Shown here: positions 1-8,666 of the stretch, piece by piece
Position numbering within the stretch: position 1 is the stretch's first letter
Layout: each line of letters starts with the position of its first letter
DNA from: a virus
IMG/VR virus record: IMGVR_UViG_3300037423_001503
Length of the DNA: 64,000 nt
Reading direction: 5' to 3' (one strand)
Notes under the pieces: generated by a model
Database searches by the model: none
Told to the model about the DNA's origin: nothing
Seen by the model: only the letters and a program-made list of their open reading frames with translations
Made by a program: the position numbers and the translations under genes

Positions 1-175
1 GCAGGAACGGGTACGCGTCTACACGGTCCTTACGGACGCCGTAGGCGCCTCTGACGTCCTGCGCTCGCTAGCCGAGTACGCGGCACAGGCGATGGCGCAG
101 GACGCGGTTCTGATCACGGGACCCGTCGAAGTGCCCGCGGTGTTCGTCGCCGCCCCGCTACGCGTCGCCGCCTAG
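1..175 (+). CDS. Partial ORF (C-terminus only); weak resemblance to small phage SAM-lyase/DUF3574-like proteins
   Basis: Open frame from base 2 to TAG at 173-175: ...ERVRVYTVL...AMAQDAVLIT... Confidence 0.5.
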   Translation, partial: QERVRVYTVLTDAVGASDVLRSLAEYAAQAMAQDAVLITGPVEVPAVFVAAPLRVAA

Positions 176-203
176 TCCAACCCATACGTAGAAAGGCTCA
201 GCA

Positions 204-500
204 ATGGCGAAGATTTCGGCTCACGGTTCGGTCAAGCTCGCGCAGGCGTCGCGCGCATGGACCGACAGCGATGGGTGGGACCATAAGGTGAGGGTCGCTC
301 TCCGCTCCGATGGCGCGATCCTGTACGCGCATGACTTACGCTCGCCGGAGCGTCGCGCCTCCTATGGCGCACGCGGCTGGAATCGTGGCGGCTACAAACG
401 CGTTGCGCGACTCAGCGACGAGCAGCGCGCTACGCCGGTAACGGCGTTGAGCGTCTTTGAGCGCTACGCGGCGGCGCGGTTCGGCGCGACCCTCGACTAG
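204..500 (+). CDS. Hypothetical protein
   Basis: AGAAAGG RBS, ATG start. Confidence 0.8.
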   Translation: MAKISAHGSVKLAQASRAWTDSDGWDHKVRVALRSDGAILYAHDLRSPERRASYGARGWNRGGYKRVARLSDEQRATPVTALSVFERYAAARFGATLD

Positions 501-501
501 C

Positions 502-546
502 GGCTAGGTGTAGGGGTCGGACGCCCACCGACCCCTAGACGTAGTC
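502..546 (+). other. Intergenic stem-loop (possible processing or regulatory hairpin)
   Basis: TAGGGGTCGG/CCGACCCCTA 10-bp stem, extended by GGCTA/TAGTC. Confidence 0.6.
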
Positions 547-571
547 CTAGCACAACCATAAGGACATCATC

Positions 572-1216
572 ATGGAGACAAAGACCTACAAGTGGAACCG
601 CTCTGAGAGCGCGCGCAAAGCAGCGATGCGGCGACGCATCTTGGAGGCATTCGGCGACGCGTCCGCCGACGACCTAGCCGCGGGGGTCGAATGGTACGAC
701 CGCGCGAACCGCGCAGCCGCATCGATCGCTGAAGGTTCCTCACTGAGCGCCGATACCGTCGCAGGGGTCATCGCTGCTCTGTCCCCGCGTCAGACATGGG
801 CCGTGAATCTCGCGCAGGCGTCCGCGCTTGTAGACGCCGTCATCCGTGGCGATTCCGAACCGCCCGCCGTGCACACCAGGACGATGCGCGCGCAGGCATG
901 GCGCATCGCGCAGGGAGAGCGCCCGTTGGACGTCCTCAATGGCCCTAAGGTGCGCGCCTTCTACGCCAACATTACGGGGAACCTCTCAGCGGTCACCGTC
1001 GATACGTGGGCCGCGAGGGTCGCGGAGGGGGATTGGCGTCCGAATCCGATGGCGCATCTCCGCGCGCATGCCCCCTACGCGGCTACCGATGCCCCGCAGG
1101 GACGCCGTTACGCGTTGATCGCAGACGCCTACCGGGAGGCAGCGGCGCTGCTCGGTCACGCGCCGCGCGACGTACAGGCAGCGGTATGGGTGCACGTTCG
1201 GCAGTCCGCGGACTGA
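572..1216 (+). CDS. DUF7178-like phage protein with HhH-GPD glycosylase-like motifs
   Basis: Motifs WY..A, IAALSP...W..N, GPKVRAF, VTVDTWAAR, QAAVW. Confidence 0.65.
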   Translation: METKTYKWNRSESARKAAMRRRILEAFGDASADDLAAGVEWYDRANRAAASIAEGSSLSADTVAGVIAALSPRQTWAVNLAQASALVDAVIRGDSEPPAVHTRTMRAQAWRIAQGERPLDVLNGPKVRAFYANITGNLSAVTVDTWAARVAEGDWRPNPMAHLRAHAPYAATDAPQGRRYALIADAYREAAALLGHAPRDVQAAVWVHVRQSAD

Positions 1217-1242
1217 TCAACCCCAACAACGTAAGGATCATC

Positions 1243-1590
1243 ATGTATGACTTGAACGACGTGATGCAGTTCGATCACGTGATCGAGGTGCGCGAGGACG
1301 GGTCGATCGTTGACCGCGACGACCTGTCCGCTCCGGAGTGCTACGCCGACGGCGTAGGCATCGACTACGCGGGAGCGCGCGGATGGGAGGCGCTGAACGG
1401 CTATAGCGGTCAGTCCGGCTACGCCGGACCCATAATGCACCCGTCGGAGTACATCGGCGGACGTCTCGCCGACGACATCATCGCCACGCCGGGCGTCTAC
1501 GTCGCCGTTGTCGTCAACGACCTGGACGCGCTCGCCGACGACGGGGACGGCGAACCCGCAGGGTGGGCAGTCCTCCGCTACGACGCCTAG
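1243..1590 (+). CDS. Hypothetical protein
   Basis: AAGGA RBS, ATG at 1243. Confidence 0.8.
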   Translation: MYDLNDVMQFDHVIEVREDGSIVDRDDLSAPECYADGVGIDYAGARGWEALNGYSGQSGYAGPIMHPSEYIGGRLADDIIATPGVYVAVVVNDLDALADDGDGEPAGWAVLRYDA

Positions 1591-1601
1591 GGGAGCTATC
1601 C

Positions 1602-1736
1602 ATGTCTCAGTCTCACGGCGGTTCGCGTTCGCGCGGCGAGGAATTCGCTGAGTTGGTCTCAGTGATTCTCATCATCGGCGGGATCGCGTTGTGCGTGATC
1701 TTGCCGCTCGTCGAAGTCATCAAGTCCATCATCTAG
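1602..1736 (+). CDS. Small single-TM membrane protein (44 aa)
   Basis: GGGAGCTATCC-ATG; hydrophobic stretch LVSVILIIGGIALCVILPLV. Confidence 0.7.
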   Translation: MSQSHGGSRSRGEEFAELVSVILIIGGIALCVILPLVEVIKSII

Positions 1737-1754
1737 CTCAGGGAGCTATCCAAG

Positions 1755-1994
1755 ATGTTCAACAAGAGCCTCTTCAACCCCAACATCCCCTATCACGGTC
1801 CCGGCGTGTTCGCACTGCCGCTGAACCGGCGTGTCGCCTACGCGGACGAACGGATCGCCCACATCGTCGGCAACGTCGCCAATCGCGAGCGTCTCGGACC
1901 CGTTGTGGTCGTGGACGGCGAGACCTACACCTTCGACGCCTACGCGGAGCTACTCGCCGCCGCCTACCCGGGGCGGAACACCATCAACAACTAG
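1755..1994 (+). CDS. Hypothetical protein
   Basis: Motif-linked RBS, biased codons. Confidence 0.8.
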   Translation: MFNKSLFNPNIPYHGPGVFALPLNRRVAYADERIAHIVGNVANRERLGPVVVVDGETYTFDAYAELLAAAYPGRNTINN

Positions 1995-2085
1995 CGCGTA
2001 GCCGCGCGGGCATCGGGCCAACCGGTGCCCCTGCGAGTGCGAGCTATCCAAGCCGTGCACGACTAGTCCTACAACTACAGGAGCC
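1994..2085 (+). promoter_or_regulatory. Conserved stem-loop element copy 1, followed by GAGCTATCC and GTCCTACAAC-RBS
   Basis: CGCG-TAGC-CGCG-C-GGGCATCGG-gccaa-CCGGTGCCC-C-TGCG-AG-TGCG. Confidence 0.7.
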
Positions 2086-2088
2086 AAC

Positions 2089-2490
2089 ATGCCCACCCGT
2101 TCCGCTGACCGCGAACGTTTCCTCGCCGACATCATCACCACCGCCGTTGAGGGCGGGATCGGCTACTGGTCTCAGGTGTCGTCCTATCGCTGGTGGTCTG
2201 ACCTGATCGGTGGCAGCGGCGGCGCGACGAAGACGTCCGATACCTCCGCCGACGTCCATCCGCTGCTCGACGATGAGTCCGGCTACCGCGACGAAGGTGT
2301 GCACGTTGGGATCGAAGAGGTTGCGCGAGCGCTGGCAGTGCTCCGCAGCGACGCCGTCATCGCTGTCCATCCGACGACACGCGGGCGCATCCTTGAGGCC
2401 GACCGTGCCAACGACGCCGGAGACCTGGATTCCAACGACGCCGACATTGTCGTTCAGGTCGCCGTTCTGGGCGACGTCATCTACGGATAG
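2089..2490 (+). CDS. Hypothetical protein (actinophage-type)
   Basis: CAGGAG RBS; C-terminus DADIVVQVAVLGDVIYG. Confidence 0.85.
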   Translation: MPTRSADRERFLADIITTAVEGGIGYWSQVSSYRWWSDLIGGSGGATKTSDTSADVHPLLDDESGYRDEGVHVGIEEVARALAVLRSDAVIAVHPTTRGRILEADRANDAGDLDSNDADIVVQVAVLGDVIYG

Positions 2491-2522
2491 GGAGCTATCC
2501 AAGTTCTACAACTAGGAGCAAC

Positions 2523-2870
2523 ATGATGCGCTACGCCATCATCTACAACATCACCGCACACACTGCCGAGCGCTACCTGCCCGGCAACTACGCCGTCGTC
2601 TCGATCGGCGACGACGGCAGTGTTCTCATCGCGGGCGAGGACCGCGCGGGCTGGACCCTCGACGACTACGTCCTGCCCCGGCTCGCCTCCGGCCTGTATC
2701 ACGGTCGGGAGGTTCCGCCGCCTCCGCCGTGCTTCGTCCCGAACGCACCCGACGAAATCTGCGACGAGTGCGGCGAGGAACGGCGTGCGCTCATCCATAC
2801 GGACACCACGTTGGACGCGCTCGACGCCGCAGACGGCCTGTACCTGCACCCCTTCAAGTCCTCCAACTAG
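2523..2870 (+). CDS. Hypothetical protein
   Basis: TAGGAG RBS; CxxC. Confidence 0.8.
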   Translation: MMRYAIIYNITAHTAERYLPGNYAVVSIGDDGSVLIAGEDRAGWTLDDYVLPRLASGLYHGREVPPPPPCFVPNAPDEICDECGEERRALIHTDTTLDALDAADGLYLHPFKSSN

Positions 2871-2881
2871 GAGCTATCCCC

Positions 2882-3067
2882 GTGGTCATCCGCATTGTCG
2901 ACAACGCAGACCCGATCGCCGCCGACACCGATGGGCTGCCGATCGACGAGGTGCTCTCGATGGTCGAGAACACCCACGGTGAGGTCATCATCCATGTCCG
3001 CGACGTCGTCGGTCACGTCCACGCGCTGCGCGCCGACCCGGCGCAGCAAGTCCAGGTCTACCACTAG
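2882..3067 (+). CDS. Hypothetical protein
   Basis: TAGGAGCTATCCCC-GTG. Confidence 0.7.
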   Translation: MVIRIVDNADPIAADTDGLPIDEVLSMVENTHGEVIIHVRDVVGHVHALRADPAQQVQVYH

Positions 3068-3076
3068 GAGCTATCC

Positions 3077-3190
3077 ATGCTCGGTCAGTTCTTCATCATC
3101 AAGTGCCCGCGCTGTTCGTCCGAGGCTTGCGTCCGTCGCGGACGCACCGGCGTCTGCGGGCGCGGCCATCACGTCCGCGTCAACCGCTAA
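3077..3190 (+). CDS. Small Cys/His (Zn-ribbon-like) protein, 37 aa
   Basis: TAGGAGCTATCC-ATG; CPRC...CGRGH. Confidence 0.6.
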   Translation: MLGQFFIIKCPRCSSEACVRRGRTGVCGRGHHVRVNR

Positions 3191-3201
3191 CCAAGGACTA
3201 C

Positions 3202-3405
3202 ATGATGCGTCAGCTTTTCCTTGACCCCTACAACGTCGGGGAGCTTCAGCGCTGGCTGGGCTCGTACGCGCCCGACGAGCGGCTCGCGCAGGATCACGAC
3301 AAGGAACTGGTCATCACGGTTCAGGATGACGGTTCACTGCTCCTCGACGGCCGCGACGGGTTCACCGCGGAGGTCACGACGGCGGGAACGTTCATCGCTC
3401 ACTAA
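3202..3405 (+). CDS. Hypothetical protein
   Basis: AAGGA RBS. Confidence 0.75.
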   Translation: MMRQLFLDPYNVGELQRWLGSYAPDERLAQDHDKELVITVQDDGSLLLDGRDGFTAEVTTAGTFIAH

Positions 3406-3417
3406 GGGAGGTTGTTG

Positions 3418-3573
3418 ATGGACTTGCATGACTTGTACTCCATGTCGCTGCGTTGGCACGCCATGGGCGTGGTCGTGGACGCCGCCATCTCGTGCGGTGT
3501 TGGCGACGCCTTCGCCCTCGCCCAATGGGGCGGCTACCTGCCGCTCGACTCGCTCGACGGGGACCGCGCGTAG
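3418..3573 (+). CDS. Hypothetical protein
   Basis: GGGAGG RBS. Confidence 0.6.
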   Translation: MDLHDLYSMSLRWHAMGVVVDAAISCGVGDAFALAQWGGYLPLDSLDGDRA

Positions 3574-3652
3574 CCGCGTCGGCCGGGGTTCGCTCCGGCC
3601 GCTGCGAGTGCGAGCTATCCCACGCACTTCATGTCCTACAACTACCGGAGGT
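3566..3652 (+). promoter_or_regulatory. Conserved stem-loop element copy 2, followed by GAGCTATCC and GTCCTACAAC-RBS
   Basis: CGCG-TAGC-CGCG-TC-GGCCGGGG-ttcg-CTCCGGCC-GC-TGCG-AG-TGCG. Confidence 0.7.
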
Positions 3653-3657
3653 TCTTG

Positions 3658-3825
3658 ATGTCCAAGTCGCAGTCGTTCTCGTCCCTGTCGGCGGCGATGG
3701 GGTACCTGAAGGCGCAGGCTCGCGCGGAGGCGAACGCTGCCGACGTACGGCGCGCCGCGAACCTGCGGCGGTCCGCGTCGATCGCCCGCAAGGCGCCCGG
3801 TACGGGGCCGCGCGTCGCCGCCTAA
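3658..3825 (+). CDS. Small basic Ala/Arg-rich protein
   Basis: GGAGG RBS, ATG at 3658. Confidence 0.7.
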   Translation: MSKSQSFSSLSAAMGYLKAQARAEANAADVRRAANLRRSASIARKAPGTGPRVAA

Positions 3826-3837
3826 CGCCATCGCGAA

Positions 3838-3965
3838 GTAGCCGGTTCGAAGCAGGACCCCGGCGACTAGCCGTCGCGGGCATCGGGTGAGACAATCCGG
3901 TGCCCGGACGAGTAGCCACCGAACCACTGCCGGAGCTATCCAAGTCCTACAACAACCAGGAGCAA
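3838..3965 (+). promoter_or_regulatory. Conserved stem-loop element copy 3 (extended), followed by GAGCTATCC and GTCCTACAAC-RBS
   Basis: GGTTCG...TAGC-CGTC-GC-GGGCATCGGG-loop-TCCGGTGCCC-G-GACG-AG...CGAACC. Confidence 0.7.
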
Positions 3966-3972
3966 CGACACC

Positions 3973-4170
3973 ATGTCGGACACGTATCAGTCTCAGGCCG
4001 CGCGCGACGCCCAGTGCGCCAACTACGGCGGTCCCGCGTACTGCGCGTACCTCGACCGGCATGCGCTCGAACTGCGCGACTACTACATGCGCCACGGCGA
4101 CGAGCTGCTCGCCGCCGCCATGCTGACCCGGTCGCTGAGCGAGGCGCTCGCGGGCAACAACGGCGAATAA
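3973..4170 (+). CDS. Hypothetical protein
   Basis: CAGGAG RBS. Confidence 0.8.
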   Translation: MSDTYQSQAARDAQCANYGGPAYCAYLDRHALELRDYYMRHGDELLAAAMLTRSLSEALAGNNGE

Positions 4171-4196
4171 CAAGACCTACAGCTAGGAGCAACCAC

Positions 4197-4577
4197 ATGT
4201 CCTTGATGGTTAGTATCACCGACGAGCGCGGAGTCGTGCAGGTGTTCGAGCACGACGCCTACCTCGCCGACCATCCGAACGCCGACCTCGTCACGTGCGG
4301 TGCGTGTGGTCACACGTGGGATGACGCCATCGCGACCGCATGGACGCCCGCACCGTCCGGCCGGTGCCCGTTCGAGTACGACCACGCGCACGACGAGCCG
4401 CGCGGTGTGCGCGACTCCTACCTGACCTCGGCGCTGCGTGAGCAGCTTCAGCGCGGCCCCCAGCCCGACGAGGGCTTCTTTCGCTTCAAGGTCACCGGCG
4501 AGGGCGAGACCCAGTGGCTGAACGTGTCGCCTGCTCAGCTTGCGTCGATCATCAACACCCTCAACAACGACAACTAG
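4197..4577 (+). CDS. Hypothetical protein with CxxC...CP motif
   Basis: TAGGAG RBS; TCGACGHTWDD...TPAPSGRCPFEY. Confidence 0.8.
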   Translation: MSLMVSITDERGVVQVFEHDAYLADHPNADLVTCGACGHTWDDAIATAWTPAPSGRCPFEYDHAHDEPRGVRDSYLTSALREQLQRGPQPDEGFFRFKVTGEGETQWLNVSPAQLASIINTLNNDN

Positions 4578-4589
4578 GAGCTATCCAAG

Positions 4590-4880
4590 ATGTCCATCAA
4601 CTCTGACGGCGAGCGCACCGTCCTCACTGACGACGCCTACAAAGAGGCGTTCGGTTGTGGCCGCGCCGCGGCCCGCGAGCACCTCAACAACCTCGAAGGC
4701 GCCTCGCGCAGCGAGGCCCACTACGACGACGTGCGCGAGTCGGTCCACCCGCGGTCGTTCTCAGAGGCGTTGGACGCTCTTGAGGACTTCGCCGCCCTGC
4801 CGATCAGCGAAGCCGTCGATGATGGCATCAACGAGGCGTGGAACGAATTCATCCACGACGTCGCCAACGACTACATCTAG
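4590..4880 (+). CDS. Acidic hypothetical protein
   Basis: Motif-linked RBS. Confidence 0.8.
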   Translation: MSINSDGERTVLTDDAYKEAFGCGRAAAREHLNNLEGASRSEAHYDDVRESVHPRSFSEALDALEDFAALPISEAVDDGINEAWNEFIHDVANDYI

Positions 4881-4889
4881 GACCCCAAC

Positions 4890-5180
4890 ATGCCCAACAC
4901 GGACACCTACAACGGCTGGGCCAACCGCCCGACCTGGAACGTCAACGTCTGGCTTTCCAACGATGAGAGCCTCTACTGGACCGCCCTCGACGTCGTGCGT
5001 GGCTACAAGGAACACACCACCAATTGGTCCGCGAAGGGTGCGGGCCAAGCGTTGCGCGAACTTGTCTTCGCGAACCGCGACGACCGGGGCGGGTTCGGGG
5101 ACCTGAAGCGGACCGAGCTATCCAAGGTCGACTGGACCGCGCTTGGCGCGGCCTGGCTCGAAGACATCATCCACGGATAA
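4890..5180 (+). CDS. DUF7249-like phage protein
   Basis: YNGWANRPTWNVNVWLSNDE signature. Confidence 0.7.
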   Translation: MPNTDTYNGWANRPTWNVNVWLSNDESLYWTALDVVRGYKEHTTNWSAKGAGQALRELVFANRDDRGGFGDLKRTELSKVDWTALGAAWLEDIIHG

Positions 5181-5183
5181 ACC

Positions 5184-5315
5184 ATGAGCATCATCGATCT
5201 CATCGCGCTGACCCAGGCCTCTCTACTGGAGAGCGTCTTCGACTTCTACTACGACAACCCAGCGAGCCAGCCAGAGGGCTGGCACCGCGCTATCCGCGCC
5301 CACGTCAAGGCATAG
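5184..5315 (+). CDS. Hypothetical protein, 43 aa
   Basis: Fills the gap between flanking genes. Confidence 0.5.
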   Translation: MSIIDLIALTQASLLESVFDFYYDNPASQPEGWHRAIRAHVKA

Positions 5316-5324
5316 GACGACAAC

Positions 5325-5525
5325 ATGACACGCAAGGACTACGAGTCGATCGCCCTGGTGCTGCGCTCCGAACGAGAGCGCAGCTTTGGCGATCAGACGC
5401 GCGACGCCGCCGCGATCGACGTACTCGACAACATCACCTACGCCTTGGCGGTCGAATTCAAGGCCGACAACCCCCGGTTCGATCGGGACCGGTTCCTCAT
5501 CGCGTCCGGCGCAGACCGCCGCTAG
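5325..5525 (+). CDS. Conserved small phage protein
   Basis: MTRKDY...DNPRFDRDRF signature. Confidence 0.8.
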   Translation: MTRKDYESIALVLRSERERSFGDQTRDAAAIDVLDNITYALAVEFKADNPRFDRDRFLIASGADRR

Positions 5526-5557
5526 CGAGCTATCCAAGTTCTACATCTAGGAGCAAC

Positions 5558-5803
5558 ATGAAGGCCTTTGTCGTCTACATCGACAACGACGAAATCTCAG
5601 CCGCCGACCTGCGCGTGGCGACCATCCTGGGCGCTGACTCCGTCACGGACACCGAGCCCGACGTGTTCGTCGAGCGGATCGCCTATGACGGATACGGGCG
5701 CGACGTCCGGACCGGCGACAGCGCGGGCGACGCCTTGCTCGCACGGCGCTACATGGCCCGGCCCCTCAATCACGGCTACGCCGACACCAACGAACCCTTC
5801 TAG
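5558..5803 (+). CDS. Hypothetical protein
   Basis: TAGGAG RBS. Confidence 0.8.
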   Translation: MKAFVVYIDNDEISAADLRVATILGADSVTDTEPDVFVERIAYDGYGRDVRTGDSAGDALLARRYMARPLNHGYADTNEPF

Positions 5804-5809
5804 GAGTAC

Positions 5810-6343
5810 ATGATGAACAACGACATCCGCACCGCCGAGGTCGAGGTCTCCGAGGCCCCTGGCGGTCGCGGCGGCTATCACATCGTCCGCTCGCACGGCA
5901 TCGCAGGTACGTGGTGGGCGTGCTCGCGCAGTGGCGACGAGGCCATCTCGATGGCTGTCTACGCGTCGCTGTTCGGGGAGTGCCCGCGCTCGCCGTGGGA
6001 GCCGCCGATGGCACCCAGCGAGGTCGACGGCATGGGGTCGCCGATTGCGGTCTCATGGCGCAGCGAGTCCGACGCGCGAGAGGCCTTTGAGCGCATGGAG
6101 CGCGCGTGGTCGGCGGCCCTGCGGGGGACGCTGGTCGAGCTTCAGTCCTACGCTGAGGAGGATGACTCAGTCGTTCTCACCGACGAGGACTTCGAAGTCC
6201 TCAATCGGGGCGGCCACATCAGTCTCCCCGACGGGCGCGTCGTCATCGACGGTCTCGATTGCTGCGCGCATGTCCTGACGCCGGGCACCTACTGGGGCGC
6301 GGACGGCAACTGCTACGAGGTCCCCACCAAGGTCACCAACTAG
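5810..6343 (+). CDS. Hypothetical protein
   Basis: TAGGAG RBS. Confidence 0.8.
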   Translation: MMNNDIRTAEVEVSEAPGGRGGYHIVRSHGIAGTWWACSRSGDEAISMAVYASLFGECPRSPWEPPMAPSEVDGMGSPIAVSWRSESDAREAFERMERAWSAALRGTLVELQSYAEEDDSVVLTDEDFEVLNRGGHISLPDGRVVIDGLDCCAHVLTPGTYWGADGNCYEVPTKVTN

Positions 6344-6460
6344 ATGTTCTCGCGCCTCATCATCTGGCTTCTCGACCGCTACGTCGTCGGCGACTACGAG
6401 GCCAAGCACTCCGAGTACGAGACGATCCACGATCGACTCGAATCCGACCACACCAACTAG
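6344..6460 (+). CDS. Hypothetical protein, 38 aa
   Basis: TAG-ATG junction. Confidence 0.55.
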   Translation: MFSRLIIWLLDRYVVGDYEAKHSEYETIHDRLESDHTN

Positions 6461-6473
6461 GAGCAACAACCCC

Positions 6474-6761
6474 ATGGACTCGATCAAGTTCCAGGCCATT
6501 TCAACCGAGGTCAGTCGCGCCCTCGCAGCCGATGTGGTGGCGGTGTTCGACCTGCCCAACGAGGACGGCCTCAACCCGGGCGCGATCGTGGCGTGGTCGT
6601 CGCGGGAGCGTCCGACGCACGGAACGCACCTCGCCGTGGTGCCGCCCGACGCGCGCGCCTACGTCATCAACGGCGTCTACGACTTCGCGGAGCCCATCGA
6701 TGCGGTCAGCGACGCCTACCATCGCTGGCTGCGTCGCGTGAGCCCGGACGCCGCCGGATGA
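6474..6761 (+). CDS. Hypothetical protein
   Basis: TAGGAG RBS. Confidence 0.8.
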   Translation: MDSIKFQAISTEVSRALAADVVAVFDLPNEDGLNPGAIVAWSSRERPTHGTHLAVVPPDARAYVINGVYDFAEPIDAVSDAYHRWLRRVSPDAAG

Positions 6762-6769
6762 GCTATCCA

Positions 6770-6964
6770 ATGCGACGACTGCCCAGCGATGAGCTACTCG
6801 AAGAGGCCCGGCGGCTCGACCGCGAGCACGGCGGGCGTTTCGATCGCGAGCGAGGCGAACTGATCAGCAAGGCCTACAGCTTGAAGGCCGAGGCTCATCG
6901 GCTCGGCCGCTCCGGCGCGTTCGACGACCTGAACGCTGTCGGCTTCTTCCACGTTCGGCCCTAA
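6770..6964 (+). CDS. Hypothetical protein
   Basis: GAGCTATCC-A-ATG. Confidence 0.7.
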   Translation: MRRLPSDELLEEARRLDREHGGRFDRERGELISKAYSLKAEAHRLGRSGAFDDLNAVGFFHVRP

Positions 6965-6990
6965 CTACTTCAACAACTAGGAGAACACAA

Positions 6991-7284
6991 GTGAACACCA
7001 ACAACGGCGGCAAGGACAGGACGTATTTCGCACGCGATCCCTACGGATCGGAGCGCACAGCCTTCGACCCGTCGCGCTCACGTTTCGCCATCTACGTTGT
7101 GGGTCACGAGCCCAACGAAGAGGACGGCTGGCGCTACAAGCTCAGCGTCATCGACTACAAGTACAACGACAGCGACGCCTACCCCATCGATGCCATCGCA
7201 GGCGGCAACTCATGGTCCGAGGCGTTCGCACGGGCGGCCGAGATGGTCGAGCACGCGCTCGCCGCCGACCACTGCATCTTCTAG
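6991..7284 (+). CDS. Hypothetical protein
   Basis: TAGGAG RBS, GTG start. Confidence 0.8.
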   Translation: MNTNNGGKDRTYFARDPYGSERTAFDPSRSRFAIYVVGHEPNEEDGWRYKLSVIDYKYNDSDAYPIDAIAGGNSWSEAFARAAEMVEHALAADHCIF

Positions 7285-7298
7285 GACAAGAGAGCACC

Positions 7299-7496
7299 AT
7301 GCCCAGCATCATTTACTTCACCGACGAGGTGCCCGGTCTCGGCGACCACGTCGTGGTCAGGGAGAGTCCCGCCGACGTGGCGCACCTGCTTCGTGTCGCC
7401 GCCCGCAATGACCGGCCGTCGATCCGCGTCACCATCGGCGGCGAGCCCGCCCACCTGCCGGTCCGCCTCGTCGGACCGGTTCTCACCGTTCAGTAA
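7299..7496 (+). CDS. Hypothetical protein
   Basis: ORF in operon. Confidence 0.7.
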   Translation: MPSIIYFTDEVPGLGDHVVVRESPADVAHLLRVAARNDRPSIRVTIGGEPAHLPVRLVGPVLTVQ

Positions 7497-7512
7497 GAAA
7501 GGAACACCAACC

Positions 7513-7641
7513 ATGGCCCGCAAGACCGGCGCTCTCCGCGCCAACCACATCAACTCGGCCGACGCTCGCGACGCCCAGCGTCAGCGACGCCGCTCTCAGC
7601 GAGAGCGCGACCGCGTCAGTCCGCGACGCCGGAACGCCTGA
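7513..7641 (+). CDS. Small Arg-rich protein
   Basis: GAAAGGA RBS. Confidence 0.65.
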   Translation: MARKTGALRANHINSADARDAQRQRRRSQRERDRVSPRRRNA

Positions 7642-8024
7642 TGCCCGAGTACATCAACATCGCGCCGACCGGCCTCTACAACGCCGCCCTGCGTCGGCAG
7701 GGCATCCGCCTCAAGGCCGTGGAGCGCGACGGCCAGGTCGGCCTTGAGTCCACCGAGGACGGCGAGACCGTCGCGGAGCAGATCCAGGACCTGGTCAACC
7801 GGGTTGTGCTGCTCGACCAGGCGGTCGGCTTCGTCATCGCCTCGAACACTGCTCGGCTCGCAGAGGCGGCGCGCGACCTCCGCAGCGCCTTCGCTGGCGG
7901 CGGCCTGACCCTCGATGACGCATGGGGCGGGGACGACGATCTCGACGACATGATCGCCGTCATCGAGGGCGCGACCAAGAACATCAACAACATCATCCGC
8001 GAGGAGGGGCGCGTCGGACACTGA
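7641..8024 (+). CDS. Hypothetical protein
   Basis: TGATG coupling. Confidence 0.8.
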   Translation: MPEYINIAPTGLYNAALRRQGIRLKAVERDGQVGLESTEDGETVAEQIQDLVNRVVLLDQAVGFVIASNTARLAEAARDLRSAFAGGGLTLDDAWGGDDDLDDMIAVIEGATKNINNIIREEGRVGH

Positions 8025-8041
8025 CCGGCGAGCTATCCAAG

Positions 8042-8386
8042 ATGAAGGTCTACTCAAACACACTGACCATCAACGACCTCAACGTGGCGGCACACGAGGT
8101 TCGTGACGCTACCGGCGACGCCCTCTACGTGGGCGATGCCATCACGATTCCGCGCGCGCGGGTCCGACGGAACGGGTTCAACGTGCGGCTGACGAACTTC
8201 GACAGCCGTCGCGCCCGCAACACCGGCACCCACGGCGGCGCGAGAGGTGACGATCCGGCCGCGTCGTGGGATGATTACGGCCGATGGATCGCCCGCCTCT
8301 TCGTGCGGGACCCATCGGCACGGATCGCGCACTACGACGGGGCCGCCGATTTCCACGCCAAGACCAACAACAAGTACAACGTTTAG
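8042..8386 (+). CDS. Hypothetical protein
   Basis: Motif-linked start; AASWDDYGRWIARLF. Confidence 0.8.
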   Translation: MKVYSNTLTINDLNVAAHEVRDATGDALYVGDAITIPRARVRRNGFNVRLTNFDSRRARNTGTHGGARGDDPAASWDDYGRWIARLFVRDPSARIAHYDGAADFHAKTNNKYNV

Positions 8387-8395
8387 GGCACCAAC

Positions 8396-8656
8396 ATGCC
8401 GACCACGCAACAACTACAACATGCGCGCGACGACCTGCGGCGGCTAGCGAGAGTCATCAACCACGCGGCCGACGAGTTGCACTTCGCTTCGTTGTCGTCA
8501 CTGACCATCGACCGCAACCCCAACGACGACAACTTGCGAGACGATCAGCGCCGCTCAATCGACCTCCACGTCGCGACCGCGCGCGGCGTCATCGAGATTC
8601 AGCCGCTCCTGTACGCGGAGACGCTATTCACGCTTCTATCCAAGCACGGACTCTAG
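8396..8656 (+). CDS. Hypothetical protein
   Basis: ORF in operon. Confidence 0.7.
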   Translation: MPTTQQLQHARDDLRRLARVINHAADELHFASLSSLTIDRNPNDDNLRDDQRRSIDLHVATARGVIEIQPLLYAETLFTLLSKHGL

Positions 8657-8666
8657 GACCCCCAAC

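Noticed and set aside
3838-3930. tRNA or hammerhead/HDV ribozyme
   Set aside because: GGTTCGA is present but there is no cloverleaf, and no CUGANGA/GAAA or HDV core.
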